Assembly: GCF_030144855.1 (NCBI RefSeq)
Contig: NC_082711.1
Location: 118,296,001-118,360,000 of the forward strand
Direction: 5' to 3'
Length of the DNA stretch: 64,000 bases
Origin: Hypanus sabinus
Lineage: Eukaryota
Shown: piece after piece, positions 62,401 through 64,000 of the stretch
Position numbering within the stretch: position 1 is the stretch's first letter
How the letters are laid out: each line of letters opens with the position of its first letter
The notes under the pieces: generated by a model
The model's input: only the letters and a program-made list of their open reading frames with translations
Database searches by the model: none
What the model was told of the DNA's origin: nothing
Position numbers and translations under genes: made by a program

Positions 62401-64000
62401 TCAATTGATATCGACTTGTTTCTGGGCTTTGTAGTTTGGGTGGGTTTTTCCTTCTTTTCTTATCCCCATTATGAAATCCTGGAACATACGCTAATTATTT
62501 TTATTGTTGTTCACCTCTGCCATTTTATCCTGACATGCATCTAATTACTCTTTTTTAGATACAAAGTTTCATGATAATATCTAAACAGTTAAATGTTTTA
62601 ACTTGGAATGTTTGTGGTTGGAATCATCCTATTAAGCGAGAAAACATTTCAAGTTATAAATCGACTCCAGCCTAATATAATCTTTACTCAAGAGACGTAT
62701 ATCAGGTTATGTGATAAAAATCAATTTTTTAAATTCTGGAAGGATCTTCAGTTTCATGCAAATTTCCAAAAACTAGGGGAGTCTCTATTTTTATTGATTC
62801 CAATATTCCTTTTAACGAGGAGGATATTATAGCCAATATTAATGGTAGAGTTTTGAAAACTATTTCCTAGTATAGGCAACTACTGTGATAGATGTAAAAC
62901 TGAAATAGCAACTTTGTCATGTTATGTTCTGGTCATGTTCTTCATTAAAACCATTTTGGAAATCTTTATTTTCTACAATTTCTAAAGCTCTGAAAATTAA
63001 TTTACAACCTAATAGACTGACTGTTCTATTTGGAATAGTTCCACATCATATTCAGGATATTTCATCTTCAGATCAACATGTAATTGCATTTGTTACATTA
63101 TTGGCAAGAAGGGCTTTTCTGTTAAAATGGAAAGGTATCTCTTCCCCTACATCAATTGAAAGGTTTTCTCAAGTAATGTTATATCTCAGTTTGGAAAAAA
63201 ATTAGTAGAACTTTTGAATCCTGATTCGATTTTGAGAGAAGATGGGGTTCTTTCGCCAAATATTACCATTGAATTTGAATTATTCTATATGGTTTCCTTC
63301 CAATTTTATTTTTTTTAAATATGAATTGGCAGTTGATGACTCTTTCTCTTTGTATATTTAGATGATGGTTAAACGTATTGCTCTGGAGGGTAGATTCCTA
63401 ATGGTTCTTTTTCCTCTTTTTTTGTAGTTATAGGGTTTTTTTTTCTTAGTTAGACGGGGATTTTTCCCTTCTTTTTCCTATACATATATTTTTTTAATTC
63501 CCATTTTTATATATTATGATCAGCTTTTTTTTTTCTTCAGCTCTATTAATTGTATACATATTAATTTGTTGAAGTTTTGTATCATTCTATAGCTGTAGAA
63601 GATTATGTACCAATAAAAATATTCTAAAAATGAAAATGAAACCATGCTAGCTTGGGCCTATCTTGTCATGCGCCTAGAGGTATTTCATAACCTTATCCTT
63701 GAGAATTGACTCCAATAACTTTCCAACTACCGATGACAGACTAATAGGTCTGTGATTCTCTTTTTGCTGCGTCCCTCCTTTCTTAAACAGCGGAACTACA
63801 TTAGTGACCTTCCAGCCCTCCAGAACCATGCCAGAGTCTATTGATTCCTGGAAGATCACTTCCAATGCCTCCACAATCTCCAAAGCCACCTCCTTCAGAA
63901 CCTGTGGGTGCACCTCATCCAGTCTGGGAGACTTACCTATCCTTAGTGCATTTAGTTTCCCATGCATTTTCTCTCTAGTAATCTTGACTGTACCTAATTC
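59480..64000 (-). mobile_element. CR1 LINE split by an L1 insertion (parts 59480-60724 and 63636-64000)
   Basis: [33 protein letters not shown], then NHRPISLSSVVGKLLE beyond the L1. Confidence 0.9.
60725..63635 (+). mobile_element. L1 LINE with both ends and a 13-bp TSD; ORF1 disrupted, ORF2 internally deleted (no RT)
   Basis: TSD atgaaacaatgct (60712-60724) / atgaaaccatgct (63636-63648); ORF1 HIVVHFLHFRDKDRI..FFEDFPHE..YPDKLR; ORF2 start LNVLTWNVCG..QETY; C-terminus CDRCK..MFWSC; AATAAA at 63612. Confidence 0.9.

Noticed and set aside
1-64000. Prokaryotic systems, rRNA or genuine tRNA genes
   Set aside because: No operon-like coding density or rRNA/tRNA structure was seen; tRNA-like boxes occur only as decayed SINE heads and PBS motifs.

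Overview
Eukaryotic, repeat-saturated genomic DNA, most likely from a cartilaginous fish (ray or shark), inferred from the V-SINE/HE1-type SINEs and the CR1, Rex1/Babar, Penelope and L1 families present. Most of the window is nested transposable elements and satellites. From left to right it holds: a young Gypsy (Gmr1-like, SCAN-domain) LTR element lacking integrase, RT and RNase H (1-4697); a C-rich ~27-bp satellite of about 8.7 kb; a decayed PNMA-gag Gypsy element split by a solo LTR; a second Gypsy pol relic; about ten CR1 LINE copies, three retaining esterase ORF1; Penelope elements with hammerhead-ribozyme-like motifs; a 55-bp hairpin minisatellite; a C-rich ~37-bp satellite of about 6 kb; and an internally deleted L1 with a target-site duplication. 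The only host gene supported is a minus-strand CD2/SLAM-family Ig receptor. Its IgV exon (41147-41467) and IgC2 exon (31069-31353) are well supported, and I found a candidate two-exon signal peptide (53108-53123 and 52833-52922). No transmembrane or GPI exon could be identified. Repeat boundaries were read by eye and are approximate unless a TSD or splice site is quoted. No database searches were run.
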